Shown: piece by piece, positions 1 to 8,847 of the stretch | How positions within the stretch are numbered: the first letter of the stretch is position 1 | Layout: each line of letters starts with the position of its first letter | Origin: Methanococcus maripaludis | GTDB taxonomy: Archaea; AGJL01; Methanococci; Methanococcales; Methanococcaceae | Reading direction: 5' to 3' | DNA length: 32,000 nucleotides | NCBI RefSeq assembly: GCF_002945325.1 | Contig: NZ_CP026606.1 | Coordinates: forward strand, 360,001 to 392,000 | Position numbers and translations under genes: made by a program | Notes under the pieces: generated by a model | What the model was told of the DNA's origin: nothing | The model's database searches: none | The model's input: only the letters and a program-made list of their open reading frames with translations

Positions 1-57
1 TATAGGAATCTTAAAAAATAACTTTTTTTAAGTTTTTAGGTTAATAGGTGTGGCATT

Positions 58-1668
58 ATGGACAGTAATATTGATGTTGAAATTTTATCCATTTTATCTG
101 AAGCATCTGCCCCAGTTGGTGCAAAAATAATTGCAGATTCACTAAAAGACAGGGGTTATGATATTGGAGAAAGGGCTGTTAGGTATCACTTAAAAGTACT
201 TGATGAAAACAGTCTTACAAAAAAATTAGGTTATTCTGGAAGAGAAATTACTGAAAAAGGAATTGAAGAACTTGAAAAAGCGAACATTTCATTTAGAATT
301 GGTTCAGTATTCTCGCAAGTTATTGAAAAACTTTATCTGTCAGATTTTCCTTCAAAAGTTCTTATAAATACTGCTAAATTCGAAGGAGAGTATAAAACAA
401 TAAAAGAAATGGTATTACGATCATTTGAAGCAGGTTATTCTGTAGGAGATTACCTAAATATCAAGAAAAAAGGAAATACAGTATCTGTAGAAACCCTTTG
501 TAGCATTACGTTTGATAACTTTTTATTAAAAAACGGAATAATTCCAACCCCTGAATACGGTGGAATCGTTAAATTTGAAGATTACGAGCCAGTGAATTTT
601 GAAGGAGTAATTGATTTTAAAAGTTCTTCAATTGACCCATTAGTTGCATTTATCATGCAGGGAAAAACTGATGTAATAGGAGTAATTGAAAACGGAGAAG
701 GACTCGTTCCTGCAAACTTCCGAGTAATTCCAAAATCAAGTGAAAAACAGTTTGAAACTATCCTTAAAAAAGACATGCTAAATTCTGTTTTAGCATATGG
801 AACTGAAAACGTACTTGGAATGAATTTAAACCCTGAACAGATTGGAGTAGTGTTGGTTGGTGGATTAACGCCACTTTGTATCCCTCACGAATCAGGATAT
901 ACTGCAGACATAAGTGCTGCCACACAGCTTAAAGATATTTCATCAATGGAGAAAAAAACAAAAGGATTCCTTGAAGCAAAGAAAAAGAAAGGAAAATTTA
1001 AAGTAACTCCAGTTTTATCCAAAATGCTTTCAAAAATGCAGACCATAAATTATGATATTGAAGATAAAAAAGGCAACGTTGTTGTAAACACTGCAAAAAT
1101 TCCTATTGAATACAAGGAAGAAGCAATAAATGCATTAAAAGACAGTTATGAAAATAAACTCGCAATTTCAGATCGATTGAAAGTAGAATGCGACGATAAA
1201 TTCTTAAATGCATACACAATATGTTCATTAACTGTTGATGGAGTATTTTTGAAAAACAAAATTCCAGTAATTCCATACTATGGTGGAATTTTAGAAGTAA
1301 AAGCAGATAAAAAACGGTTTATTGAAGCAATTGACTACGAAGGGACTTCGCTTGACCCTCATGAGGTATTTTTCAATAAAGCTGATGGTAAAAACTACAT
1401 TTTAGCAGGTATTCGGAAAGTTCCAATGTCTGCATCTGAAAAATTAATAGAACTTAACGAAAAACTCGGTTGGAATTCGATAATCGAAATAGGAAGGCCA
1501 AATAACGATATCTGCGGTGTTCGTGTTGAAAAATGTATGTTTGGAATCACCACAATTGGTGGAACAAACCCATTTGCAAATATACGCAAAAATAACATCC
1601 CTGTGGAAATGAAGACCCTCCACAAATCAATTGACTATTCAGAACTAACACATTACGACGATATTTAA
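58..1668 (+). CDS. nrpR: Nitrogen regulatory repressor NrpR (wHTH plus two NrpR/DUF128-type domains)
   Basis: 536-aa ORF. The N-terminal winged-helix-like segment (VEILSILSEASAPVGAKIIADSLKDRGYDIGERAVRYHLKVLDE) is followed by a visibly duplicated domain (IIPTPEYGGIVKFE..SIDPLVAF versus KIPVIPYYGGILEV..SLDPHEVF). This is the architecture of the euryarchaeal 2-oxoglutarate-sensing repressor NrpR. AGGTG sits 7 nt upstream of the ATG. Confidence 0.8.
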   Translation: MDSNIDVEILSILSEASAPVGAKIIADSLKDRGYDIGERAVRYHLKVLDENSLTKKLGYSGREITEKGIEELEKANISFRIGSVFSQVIEKLYLSDFPSKVLINTAKFEGEYKTIKEMVLRSFEAGYSVGDYLNIKKKGNTVSVETLCSITFDNFLLKNGIIPTPEYGGIVKFEDYEPVNFEGVIDFKSSSIDPLVAFIMQGKTDVIGVIENGEGLVPANFRVIPKSSEKQFETILKKDMLNSVLAYGTENVLGMNLNPEQIGVVLVGGLTPLCIPHESGYTADISAATQLKDISSMEKKTKGFLEAKKKKGKFKVTPVLSKMLSKMQTINYDIEDKKGNVVVNTAKIPIEYKEEAINALKDSYENKLAISDRLKVECDDKFLNAYTICSLTVDGVFLKNKIPVIPYYGGILEVKADKKRFIEAIDYEGTSLDPHEVFFNKADGKNYILAGIRKVPMSASEKLIELNEKLGWNSIIEIGRPNNDICGVRVEKCMFGITTIGGTNPFANIRKNNIPVEMKTLHKSIDYSELTHYDDI

Positions 1669-1690
1669 ATTTTAATATAAGGAGATAATT

Positions 1691-2467
1691 ATGGGAAAAA
1701 AGGACAAAAGATGGGTTCTTCAAAGGAAAAACGACCATTACTATAATTTAGCAAAAAGAAGAAATTACAGATCACGAGCAACGTATAAATTATTCCAGTT
1801 GAATGAAAAATTCAATTTGATAAAAGAAAGAAACGTTGTTGTAGATTTAGGGTGTGCTCCAGGAGGATGGCTCCAAGCTGCAAGAGATATTGTTGGAGAT
1901 AATGGATTTATCGTTGGAATTGATTTACAAACTGTAAAACCGCTCCCACATGACAACGTCATTGCAATTAAAGGCGATATGACAAAAGAAGAAATATTAA
2001 AACAAGCCCGAGACCTTTTACCAGAAAAACCCGATGTTATAATCTGCGATGCTTCCCCAAACATCAGTGGTGTCTGGGATGTGGATCACGTAAGATCCCT
2101 TGAACTTACAACAATGGCACTCATGACTGCAACCAAAATGCTGAAAAAAGGCGGAAATTTTGTTGTAAAAGTATTTCAGGGCGATTTGTTTGAAAAATAT
2201 GTTCAACTCGTTTCAGAATACTTTGATAAAGCATTCACAACAAAACCAAGAGCTTCGAGAGATGAAAGTGCAGAAGTATATGTTATCGGAAAAAGATTTA
2301 ACGGCAGAAAATTTGACATGAACTCAAAATCGCCAATTGTAAAACTTCTTGATACAAAACCTGTCGAAGAAGAAATTACAAGCCCGAGTTTGAGGAAAGA
2401 AATTTCCAAAGAAGATAGTGGACTCATGATCAAAAGAATAAAAGAAATGAGATCCAAAAAAGAATAA
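1691..2467 (+). CDS. rlmE: 23S rRNA (uridine-2'-O)-methyltransferase RlmE/FtsJ
   Basis: 258 aa. N-terminal [15 protein letters not shown] and the SAM-binding [11 protein letters not shown] motif, plus DASPNISG, are typical of FtsJ/RrmJ. AGGAG SD lies upstream of the ATG. Confidence 0.85.
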   Translation: MGKKDKRWVLQRKNDHYYNLAKRRNYRSRATYKLFQLNEKFNLIKERNVVVDLGCAPGGWLQAARDIVGDNGFIVGIDLQTVKPLPHDNVIAIKGDMTKEEILKQARDLLPEKPDVIICDASPNISGVWDVDHVRSLELTTMALMTATKMLKKGGNFVVKVFQGDLFEKYVQLVSEYFDKAFTTKPRASRDESAEVYVIGKRFNGRKFDMNSKSPIVKLLDTKPVEEEITSPSLRKEISKEDSGLMIKRIKEMRSKKE

Positions 2468-2519
2468 TTTTTCCATTAATATAATTTTACTATTTTTAAA
2501 ATTTAAAAAAAAGATAAAT

Positions 2520-3074
2520 TTATTTCCAGAGTCTAAGTTCACTTCTTTTAACATCCTGTCTGTGTCTTTCTAAAAATTTGTACATTTTTGAGTGCGAAGT
2601 ACCCCTTAAAAGCATCTCTATTGCATCTTTTGCAATTTTTGCAGTTTCGATTTCTCCGATAATTGAAACAGTTTTTCCGTAAACTGAAATGTGTGTTGAA
2701 GTTAATTCTTCAATATATCTTCTGGATTTTCCACTACTTCCAATAATCCTTCCTTTTAATCGTTGGAGAGCTTTATCAGAATTTCCATATTCTGAAATAT
2801 CAATTACTTCGAAGGCATATTCATCAGAAACCAGCTTTAAAGCTTTTTCAGGATTAAATCCCCTTCCAATAGCTTTTACAATATCTCTCGCTTTCCAAAG
2901 TGCTAGCGGGTCTTTTTGTTCGTCCGTTGAATAAATATTAACTTCTCCTTCCGAATCAATCTCTAATTCAACTCCAAGATCACTTTCAAGCTTTTTTCTA
3001 ACTTCTCCGTGAGTTCCAATAAGGATACCTGTTCTCTCTTTTGGAATCTTCACTACTTCCACATTCTCGTACAT
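2520..3074 (-). CDS. KH-domain RNA-binding protein (archaeal Dim2/Pno1-like)
   Basis: 184 aa with two KH-like modules carrying GXXG loops (IGTHGEVRKKLE; IGSSGKSRRYIEE). It lies directly downstream of the Rio kinase and aIF1A genes, the conserved archaeal arrangement. GGTGAG SD present. Confidence 0.7.
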   Translation of the reverse strand: MYENVEVVKIPKERTGILIGTHGEVRKKLESDLGVELEIDSEGEVNIYSTDEQKDPLALWKARDIVKAIGRGFNPEKALKLVSDEYAFEVIDISEYGNSDKALQRLKGRIIGSSGKSRRYIEELTSTHISVYGKTVSIIGEIETAKIAKDAIEMLLRGTSHSKMYKFLERHRQDVKRSELRLWK

Positions 3075-3154
3075 AAAATCTCACCAATTACGCAGTTAAA
3101 TTTCGTTAAATATTATATAAGTTATACTTAAAAAAAGATTTTGTAGAAATTTTA

Positions 3155-3976
3155 TTAATATGTTTTTGCCATTTCTTCATCAATTAATGCAAGTTCTTCT
3201 CCAGAAACAAACTTGTAGAACTCCCTGTAGTCAGTATCAATCCCTTTTCTTTTAAAGAAATTACATACGTTTTTAACATCCCTAATTAGGAGTGTTTTTG
3301 AAAGAGGATGTTCTTTAACAACCCCTTGTGAAAAGTCAATATATACTGGCTCTTCTTCGTGTACTAAGATATTATATTCAGAAAGATCCCCGTGAACTAA
3401 CTGGGCATCCTGATACAATACCTTCATATCTTCTTTTATCATTTCATAAAATTCGGAATAATCGACTTCAGTATCTTTCAATCTTGGAGCTGGAACTCCA
3501 TCTTCATGAACCATATCCATTAAAAGAATATTTTCTCGCTTTAATAGTGGTTCTGGCGTGTTTATATAATCTCCTGCCCTTAAAAGGTTTCTAAATTCTT
3601 TTTCCACCCATGCAGTTATTATCTGTCGAGTACTGCTTCTTCTAAGGTGGAATCGAGGATCACCCTGAATATATTTCCACATTGTTTTAAAATCACAAGT
3701 TGAAACACGGTAAACCTTTAATGCGTAGAGTTCATCCTCTTTATTCGCAGAAAATACCACTGCTTCTTTTCCGGAATTAACAACTCCTGAAATTTCGTCA
3801 ATGTGTTTTGCAACAAGTAAATTATAAATATTTAAGAGAGTACGTTGATCAAAAACTTCATTTTCAGTTTTTAATTCTTCCAAAAACTTCTTTTTTCGTT
3901 CAACTATCTTTTTTTGAAACTCCCTATCAAGCTGTTTTTCTTTTTTATCTAAATCCATTTTAAGGACATCTTTCAT
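3155..3976 (-). CDS. RIO-type serine protein kinase, Rio1-like
   Basis: 273 aa. Shows the RIO kinase signature (SGKEAVVF, catalytic LVHGDLSEYNIL, metal-binding IDFSQ). There is no N-terminal wHTH, so it is Rio1-type rather than Rio2. The start lies 8 nt after the aIF1A stop, behind an AGGGA SD. Confidence 0.8.
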   Translation of the reverse strand: MKDVLKMDLDKKEKQLDREFQKKIVERKKKFLEELKTENEVFDQRTLLNIYNLLVAKHIDEISGVVNSGKEAVVFSANKEDELYALKVYRVSTCDFKTMWKYIQGDPRFHLRRSSTRQIITAWVEKEFRNLLRAGDYINTPEPLLKRENILLMDMVHEDGVPAPRLKDTEVDYSEFYEMIKEDMKVLYQDAQLVHGDLSEYNILVHEEEPVYIDFSQGVVKEHPLSKTLLIRDVKNVCNFFKRKGIDTDYREFYKFVSGEELALIDEEMAKTY

Positions 3977-3984
3977 TAATATCC

Positions 3985-4299
3985 CTATCGCATGAAGTCT
4001 AAGTATCCTTTTCTATTTAACCAGTCAACCTGTCCTTTTGTGTATCTCCAAATTACGTCGCACTTCTCATCAGATTGAACTTCCCAAGGGGTAACAATTA
4101 CAACATCGTCTTCCCTTACCCAGATTTTTCTTTTTAACTTTCCAGGAATTCTGCCCATTCTAAGTTTTCCATCCATACATCTTACTCTAACTCTGCTTGC
4201 ACCAAGCATTTGTTCGATTACTCCCAGAACTTCATTTTCATTTTCTCGCGGAGTCCTAACTCTTGTTGGTTGTTGTGGGGGTGTTTGTTGTCCTCGCAT
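3985..4299 (-). CDS. eif1A: Translation initiation factor aIF-1A
   Basis: OB/S1-fold sequence ([47 protein letters not shown]) characteristic of aIF1A/eIF1A. The ORF-track start (GTG 4308) lies inside the AGGTGA SD, so I place the start at ATG 4299 (MRGQQ..). Confidence 0.9.
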   Translation of the reverse strand: MRGQQTPPQQPTRVRTPRENENEVLGVIEQMLGASRVRVRCMDGKLRMGRIPGKLKRKIWVREDDVVIVTPWEVQSDEKCDVIWRYTKGQVDWLNRKGYLDFMR

Positions 4300-4443
4300 A
4301 GTTTTCACCTTTTTTTGATAATTTTAAAAAATTAGTTAATCGATAGTTTTAAGAAATCAAAAGAAAAACGTAAAACGAAGGTTATTCGTTTATTTTTAAA
4401 TCTTTTTATAGTAATGAAGTATTAATCATTTATATACTTAATT

Positions 4444-5097
4444 ATGTATGGTGAGAGTTTGGTAAAATTAATGCTTGCACTTGATGTAATGGATGAAAAA
4501 AAAGCAGTTTTGATTGCTAAAGAAACTTCAGAGTACGTTGATTCTATAAAAATAGGATACCCGTTAGTTTTAGCTACAGGATTAAATATAATCGACAAAA
4601 TAAAGGAATCTACCAACAAAGAAGTAATCTGCGATTTTAAAGTTGCAGACATTCCTTCAACAAATGAAAAAATTGCAGAAATAACACTAAATCATGCTGA
4701 CGGAATAATATGTCAGGGTTTTGTTGGATCAGACAGTGTTTCTGCAATTTTAAACGTTGCGAGAGCTAAAAATAAAAAAGTAATAATGGTAACAGAAATG
4801 TCTCATCCTGGAGCTACAGAATACTTACAAAACGTAGCTGAGGATATGGCAAAAATGGCTGACAGATTAAAAGTTGATGGAATAGTTGCACCATCAACAC
4901 GGCCTGAACGATTAAAAGAAATTAAATCAATTGCAAAAGATGCTTTTGTGATATCTCCAGGAGTTGGTGCTCAAGGCGGAAATTTAAGCGACGTTTTGAA
5001 CGTTTTGAACGAAAATGACTACGTGATTATTGGAAGAGCAATCTACGAAAATGAAAATCCGAAAAATGCTGCAAAAAAATATAAAATACAAATGTAA
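4444..5097 (+). CDS. pyrF: Orotidine 5'-phosphate decarboxylase
   Basis: 217 aa with LMLALDV, the catalytic DFKVADIP (DxKxxD) motif and the C-terminal IIGRAI phosphate-binding motif. The start is ambiguous. A TTTATATA box at 4429-4436 is only 8 nt from ATG 4444, so the in-frame ATG at 4471 (MLALD..) may be the real start. Confidence 0.85.
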   Translation: MYGESLVKLMLALDVMDEKKAVLIAKETSEYVDSIKIGYPLVLATGLNIIDKIKESTNKEVICDFKVADIPSTNEKIAEITLNHADGIICQGFVGSDSVSAILNVARAKNKKVIMVTEMSHPGATEYLQNVAEDMAKMADRLKVDGIVAPSTRPERLKEIKSIAKDAFVISPGVGAQGGNLSDVLNVLNENDYVIIGRAIYENENPKNAAKKYKIQM

Positions 5098-5217
5098 GTT
5101 GTAATTAAAAGTTTATAGTGTCAGCAAAAGGTATTTATAAATTTAAAGAGTATATATTATTAACTTAATTTTATTAATTATTTTTAACTACCGATTAAAT
5201 ATTGTTAGGCGATAGTT

Positions 5218-5841
5218 ATGTTATTAAACTCTAAACGAGGACAGCTTTCAATTGAAATGGTAATACTAGTTCTTGCAGTATTACTTTCTGGAACAGTACT
5301 TGCTGCCCACATGACAAAAGATACCAACAATGCGGGCGAAGTCCAAGAACTCAAAAAACTTACGCTTGGAGCTTTTTCGAGCAGTGCCGTTGAATCAGGA
5401 GCGTCTGTGATTCCAGAAGAAGAGGAAGAAACTGAGCCAGAAGAAGAGGAAGAAACTCCTGCAGGCGGGGTCAATGAAATTCAAAACATTAGAATAAACC
5501 CTGGAAATGGACACCCTGTTGAATTTTTAATAAAATATAATGGTGTAACCTCACTAACTCGTTCAAATATCCATGCAACAGCAGGATACGCAACATTCAT
5601 TCAAGTCAAGGCAATTGGAAATACGGGCATTACAATAAATGGAACCACATACAACAATAAAGCTTTCATAATAGAATCAGTAGACCCTGATACCCCTATG
5701 ACATATGAAATTACAAAAACACATGAAAAGGGATTATTTGGATGGATTTTCAAAAACCCCCAATATACTATAACCATTACTGCTCCGGATGGTGCAATAA
5801 AACTAACATATATTGGATCCAACTTCAATAATTATTACTAA
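5218..5841 (+). CDS. Class III (type IV pilin-like) signal peptide protein, EppA-type, with acidic linker and beta-rich C-terminal domain
   Basis: The N-terminus MLLNSKRG|[22 protein letters not shown] has a short basic leader, G at -1, Q at +1, E at +5 and then a hydrophobic helix. This is the DUF361/EppA substrate pattern of Methanococcus pilins. At 207 aa it is much larger than a structural pilin. Confidence 0.6.
   Translation: MLLNSKRGQLSIEMVILVLAVLLSGTVLAAHMTKDTNNAGEVQELKKLTLGAFSSSAVESGASVIPEEEEETEPEEEEETPAGGVNEIQNIRINPGNGHPVEFLIKYNGVTSLTRSNIHATAGYATFIQVKAIGNTGITINGTTYNNKAFIIESVDPDTPMTYEITKTHEKGLFGWIFKNPQYTITITAPDGAIKLTYIGSNFNNYY
5413..5460 (+). repeat. Tandem 24-bp duplication inside the first pilin-like gene (encodes PEEEEETE / PEEEEETP)
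   Basis: CCAGAAGAAGAGGAAGAAACT occurs at 5413-5433 and again at 5437-5457, in frame. Read directly from the sequence. Confidence 0.9.
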
Positions 5842-5852
5842 TTCAAAATTTC

Positions 5853-5859
5853 TTTTTTT
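5853..5859 (+). terminator. Oligo-T tract after the first pilin-like gene
   Basis: A T7 run 12 nt after the stop codon. Archaeal RNA polymerase terminates at oligo-T. A TATA-like TTTTATAC follows at about 5889, which suggests the second gene has its own promoter. Confidence 0.35.
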
Positions 5860-5934
5860 AATTAAGTATTTATTCTGAAAAATCCTAATTTTTATACATA
5901 ATATTTTTATTTTGTCGAATTGGGGTGGTTATAT

Positions 5935-6618
5935 ATGGCAAAATTTTCAAAAGGCCAGATTTCAATAGAATTAATACTTTTAATGATGGCAGTACTTCTT
6001 GCAGGTATTTTGGTATCATTTCACATGACAAAATTTACATTTGAAGGGGACATATTATCAGACGTTAGGGAAGGCACATATCAAGTATTTGCTATATCAA
6101 TATATGAGCCCCCGATATATTACTCATTAAATTTTTCTGACGTGAAAATAAGCCCTTCAACAAATTTAGAGAACGCATGGCTTCAAATAAACGATACTGG
6201 AAACGATACATATCTTTGGTATTATTCAGATGGGACATTTAAAGGTCTGGCAAACACCAGTGATCCAGGGGAAAGTGTTACAGAAGACAATCTCGTTTTA
6301 TTACCCCATGAAGGGTATGCATCAGATATAATCTTCAGATCGAATATCCCCACAGCAATGTCATGGAATTCTTATGAACTTGATTTTAATGATATTAAAA
6401 AATTTGAAATAATTGCAAATGATGTTGAAAATAATCCCATAAGCTACAGTTTGACCCACGGGGATAGTCCTGAAACGTCAAATCAGGCATATTTAAATAT
6501 TAAAGCAAATGATGTAACAATAATTGTTACAAAAGCCAATAATAAAGTTTTTGAAGTTATAGCAAATACGACTTCGGGGACTATAGAGCTGTTACCATAT
6601 ACTGAAACATCACCATAA
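5935..6618 (+). CDS. Class III (type IV pilin-like) signal peptide protein, EppA-type, second copy
   Basis: MAKFSKG|QISIELILLMMAVLLAGILV follows the same pattern as the upstream gene and shares the post-helix HMTK motif. I start at ATG 5935 (GGTGG SD 6 nt upstream) rather than the ORF-track TTG 5920. It contains several N-x-S/T sequons. Confidence 0.6.
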   Translation: MAKFSKGQISIELILLMMAVLLAGILVSFHMTKFTFEGDILSDVREGTYQVFAISIYEPPIYYSLNFSDVKISPSTNLENAWLQINDTGNDTYLWYYSDGTFKGLANTSDPGESVTEDNLVLLPHEGYASDIIFRSNIPTAMSWNSYELDFNDIKKFEIIANDVENNPISYSLTHGDSPETSNQAYLNIKANDVTIIVTKANNKVFEVIANTTSGTIELLPYTETSP

Positions 6619-6652
6619 CCATATTATTTATTATTTTGAAAATCGTGAAAAA

Positions 6653-7399
6653 ATGAACATATGGATTCGTGGCGGAACTAGTGACGCAAACAATATTTCA
6701 AAAGAAATTAAAAGAAATTTTAAAGACTCTTTTTTAATTTTAACCACCACAACAGACTTCGGTGGAAAAATTGCAGAAAATTTTGCAGATTTGGTAATTT
6801 CAGAAAAAATGACTTATGATAATTTAAAAAAAACACTACTCGATAAAAAAATAGATGTTTTTATTGACGCAACACATCCATTTGCCACGCATGCAAGTGA
6901 AACCGGCATAAAAATATCAAAAGAATTAAATATTCCATATATCCGGTACGAAAGGCCCTCTGAAAAATTTAAAAACGCTTTTTACGTTGAAAATTATGAA
7001 GAAGCTGCTAAATTAGCTTTAAAAATTTCTAAAAAAAATATATTTTACATGTCTGGAATTAAAAATTTAAAAAATGTTTCTGAAATTATTCCAATTGAAA
7101 AGCTGATTGTGAGGATACTTCCAACTTCCGTTCCAGAAGCTCTTAAAATACTTCCTTCAAAAAACATTGTTGCAATGCAAGGCGTATTTTCAGAAAATTT
7201 AAATAAAGAACTAATAATTGATTATAACTGTGATGTAATTATTACAAAAGACAGTGGTAAAAGCGGAGGACTCTATGAGAAAGTTTCTGGTGCGACTTTG
7301 GCCGGTGCAAAACCAATAATTATAAAGCGTCCAGAAATAAATTACCCGTTAAAATTTGAAAAAATAGTTGAAATAGTAAATTATCTAAAAAATGTATAA
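6653..7399 (+). CDS. cbiJ: Cobalt-precorrin-6A reductase (CbiJ/CobK family)
   Basis: 248 aa with N-terminal IWIRGGTSDA and the family-typical IDATHPFA motif. C-terminal ITKDSGKSGG also matches. Confidence 0.7.
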   Translation: MNIWIRGGTSDANNISKEIKRNFKDSFLILTTTTDFGGKIAENFADLVISEKMTYDNLKKTLLDKKIDVFIDATHPFATHASETGIKISKELNIPYIRYERPSEKFKNAFYVENYEEAAKLALKISKKNIFYMSGIKNLKNVSEIIPIEKLIVRILPTSVPEALKILPSKNIVAMQGVFSENLNKELIIDYNCDVIITKDSGKSGGLYEKVSGATLAGAKPIIIKRPEINYPLKFEKIVEIVNYLKNV

Positions 7400-7403
7400 A
7401 TAT

Positions 7404-8690
7404 TTATTTTAAGTGTTCTATATCCTCATCATTAGGAATATAGTCCAACAGGTAACCTCCAGGCCTTAAACCATATAATAATGCTTTATCCATGTAATTT
7501 AATATTAAATTCAATATTTCATCGTGTTCTAATCTCAATGGCCCGATATAACAATTTTTTTCAGTAAATTCCGATATATCATCTTTTCTAACATTTTTTC
7601 CAGACACTATCAGTGAATACTCATTTCCCGAATTTACAAACGCGCCCATCATTTTAGAAAGCTTTTTTGAAGTGATTACTAAAAGTACATCTTCTAAATC
7701 AGTAAGTTTATCGAGACATGCATCCATTTCTTCTATTACGGCGGCCTTTTCCACAGGATCCTTTATCTGACCTTCAGAAATCCTACAGCATTTCACATAC
7801 ATTAAATCGTAGTTATCAAGATACTTTATCGAAGAATTTACTGACTCAGATAAATCTTTTGTAAGTAAATAGTCTACTTTTACAAATCTGGAAAATCCTT
7901 TCGCAAGCCTACAATTCGAAATCGATAGTGCTTTTAAACCGTATTTCTCATAAAATGTAGAAATATCAATGTTTTTACCAGGAAATCGAGTTATTAAAAA
8001 ATTTATTGGATATTTACCCTTCCTTTTTCTTTTAATATTGATCTCGTGGTTCTCCAAAATTTTATGGCACCTTAATAAAAACTTGTTTAACGCCTCGGCA
8101 GTACTTTTAGCACGCTTACACTCCCCTGGAGAGTCACATAATTCATAAACAGGCGATATTTTATTTACATGCCTTCCAGGATAATAAGGATCAGAATCAG
8201 AAATTTTATCAGATATCCAACCGTTTTTATCAGTCATTGACAAAACACAGCCGTAATCAGCACAAGTTTTCAAATTAAATTCATAACCCTCAAAATTCGT
8301 TGGGATAAGTGACATTAACTGGTTCAGTTCTTTATCTGTTAAATCGCAAGATGCCCTATCTACGACCCTGTGGCCATAGTTGTCTTCTATCGTTGAAACA
8401 AAAGTGCATTCAATGTAAACTGCATTATCACTAAGTTCCAGATCTTCCCCAAGTGCCCTTAAAACACTTATTCCTGGAAATTCATCCCGAGAATATCCGA
8501 GCATTAAAAATAGATCCATTACTGAATACGTTGGAACTCCTTTTTTATAAGGTGATAACAACCCGCAAGAACCTTTTTGAACCAATTTATCAAAATTTGG
8601 AGTTTTTGCATATTCTAATGGAGTTTTATTATCTAAAATTTCATAAGAGTCATCCAAAAGTCCGTCAAAATCTAAAACGATTGTTTTCAT
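7404..8690 (-). CDS. ApgM-family (archaeal cofactor-independent phosphoglycerate mutase / alkaline-phosphatase superfamily) paralog with degenerate metal-ligand motifs
   Basis: 428 aa. There is clear ApgM-like similarity (DGLLD..NKTPLEYAKTPNFDKLVQKGSCG; HEINIKRKRKGKYPINFLITRFPG; GKNVRKDDISEFTEKNC). The expected DxxGH, DHSTP and distal His motifs instead read RISEG, SKKLS and N. See findings. Confidence 0.6.
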   Translation of the reverse strand: MKTIVLDFDGLLDDSYEILDNKTPLEYAKTPNFDKLVQKGSCGLLSPYKKGVPTYSVMDLFLMLGYSRDEFPGISVLRALGEDLELSDNAVYIECTFVSTIEDNYGHRVVDRASCDLTDKELNQLMSLIPTNFEGYEFNLKTCADYGCVLSMTDKNGWISDKISDSDPYYPGRHVNKISPVYELCDSPGECKRAKSTAEALNKFLLRCHKILENHEINIKRKRKGKYPINFLITRFPGKNIDISTFYEKYGLKALSISNCRLAKGFSRFVKVDYLLTKDLSESVNSSIKYLDNYDLMYVKCCRISEGQIKDPVEKAAVIEEMDACLDKLTDLEDVLLVITSKKLSKMMGAFVNSGNEYSLIVSGKNVRKDDISEFTEKNCYIGPLRLEHDEILNLILNYMDKALLYGLRPGGYLLDYIPNDEDIEHLK

Positions 8691-8847
8691 GTGCCACCGC
8701 CCTATCTACTAAACTTCTTAAGCCATATAAAAATATATTATGAGGCATATATAAAGTTAAAAATACGCAACAATTTCGATCAATATATATTTTATAAAAA
8801 AAGAAATATTTTAAGTTTATTTAAAAGTAAGAAAATATTATATGATT

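Noticed and set aside
4373-4391. 7-bp hairpin AAACGAA-ggtta-TTCGTTT followed by T-runs in the aIF1A / pyrF divergent spacer
   Set aside because: It resembles a bacterial-type terminator on the plus strand, but no plus-strand gene ends there. Archaeal termination does not need hairpins, and the stem is AT-rich, so chance is likely.
5205-5474. 89-aa minus-strand ORF with poly-Ser runs
   Set aside because: It is generated by the reverse complement of the GAA/GAG-rich acidic linker of the pilin-like gene, so it is not an independent gene.
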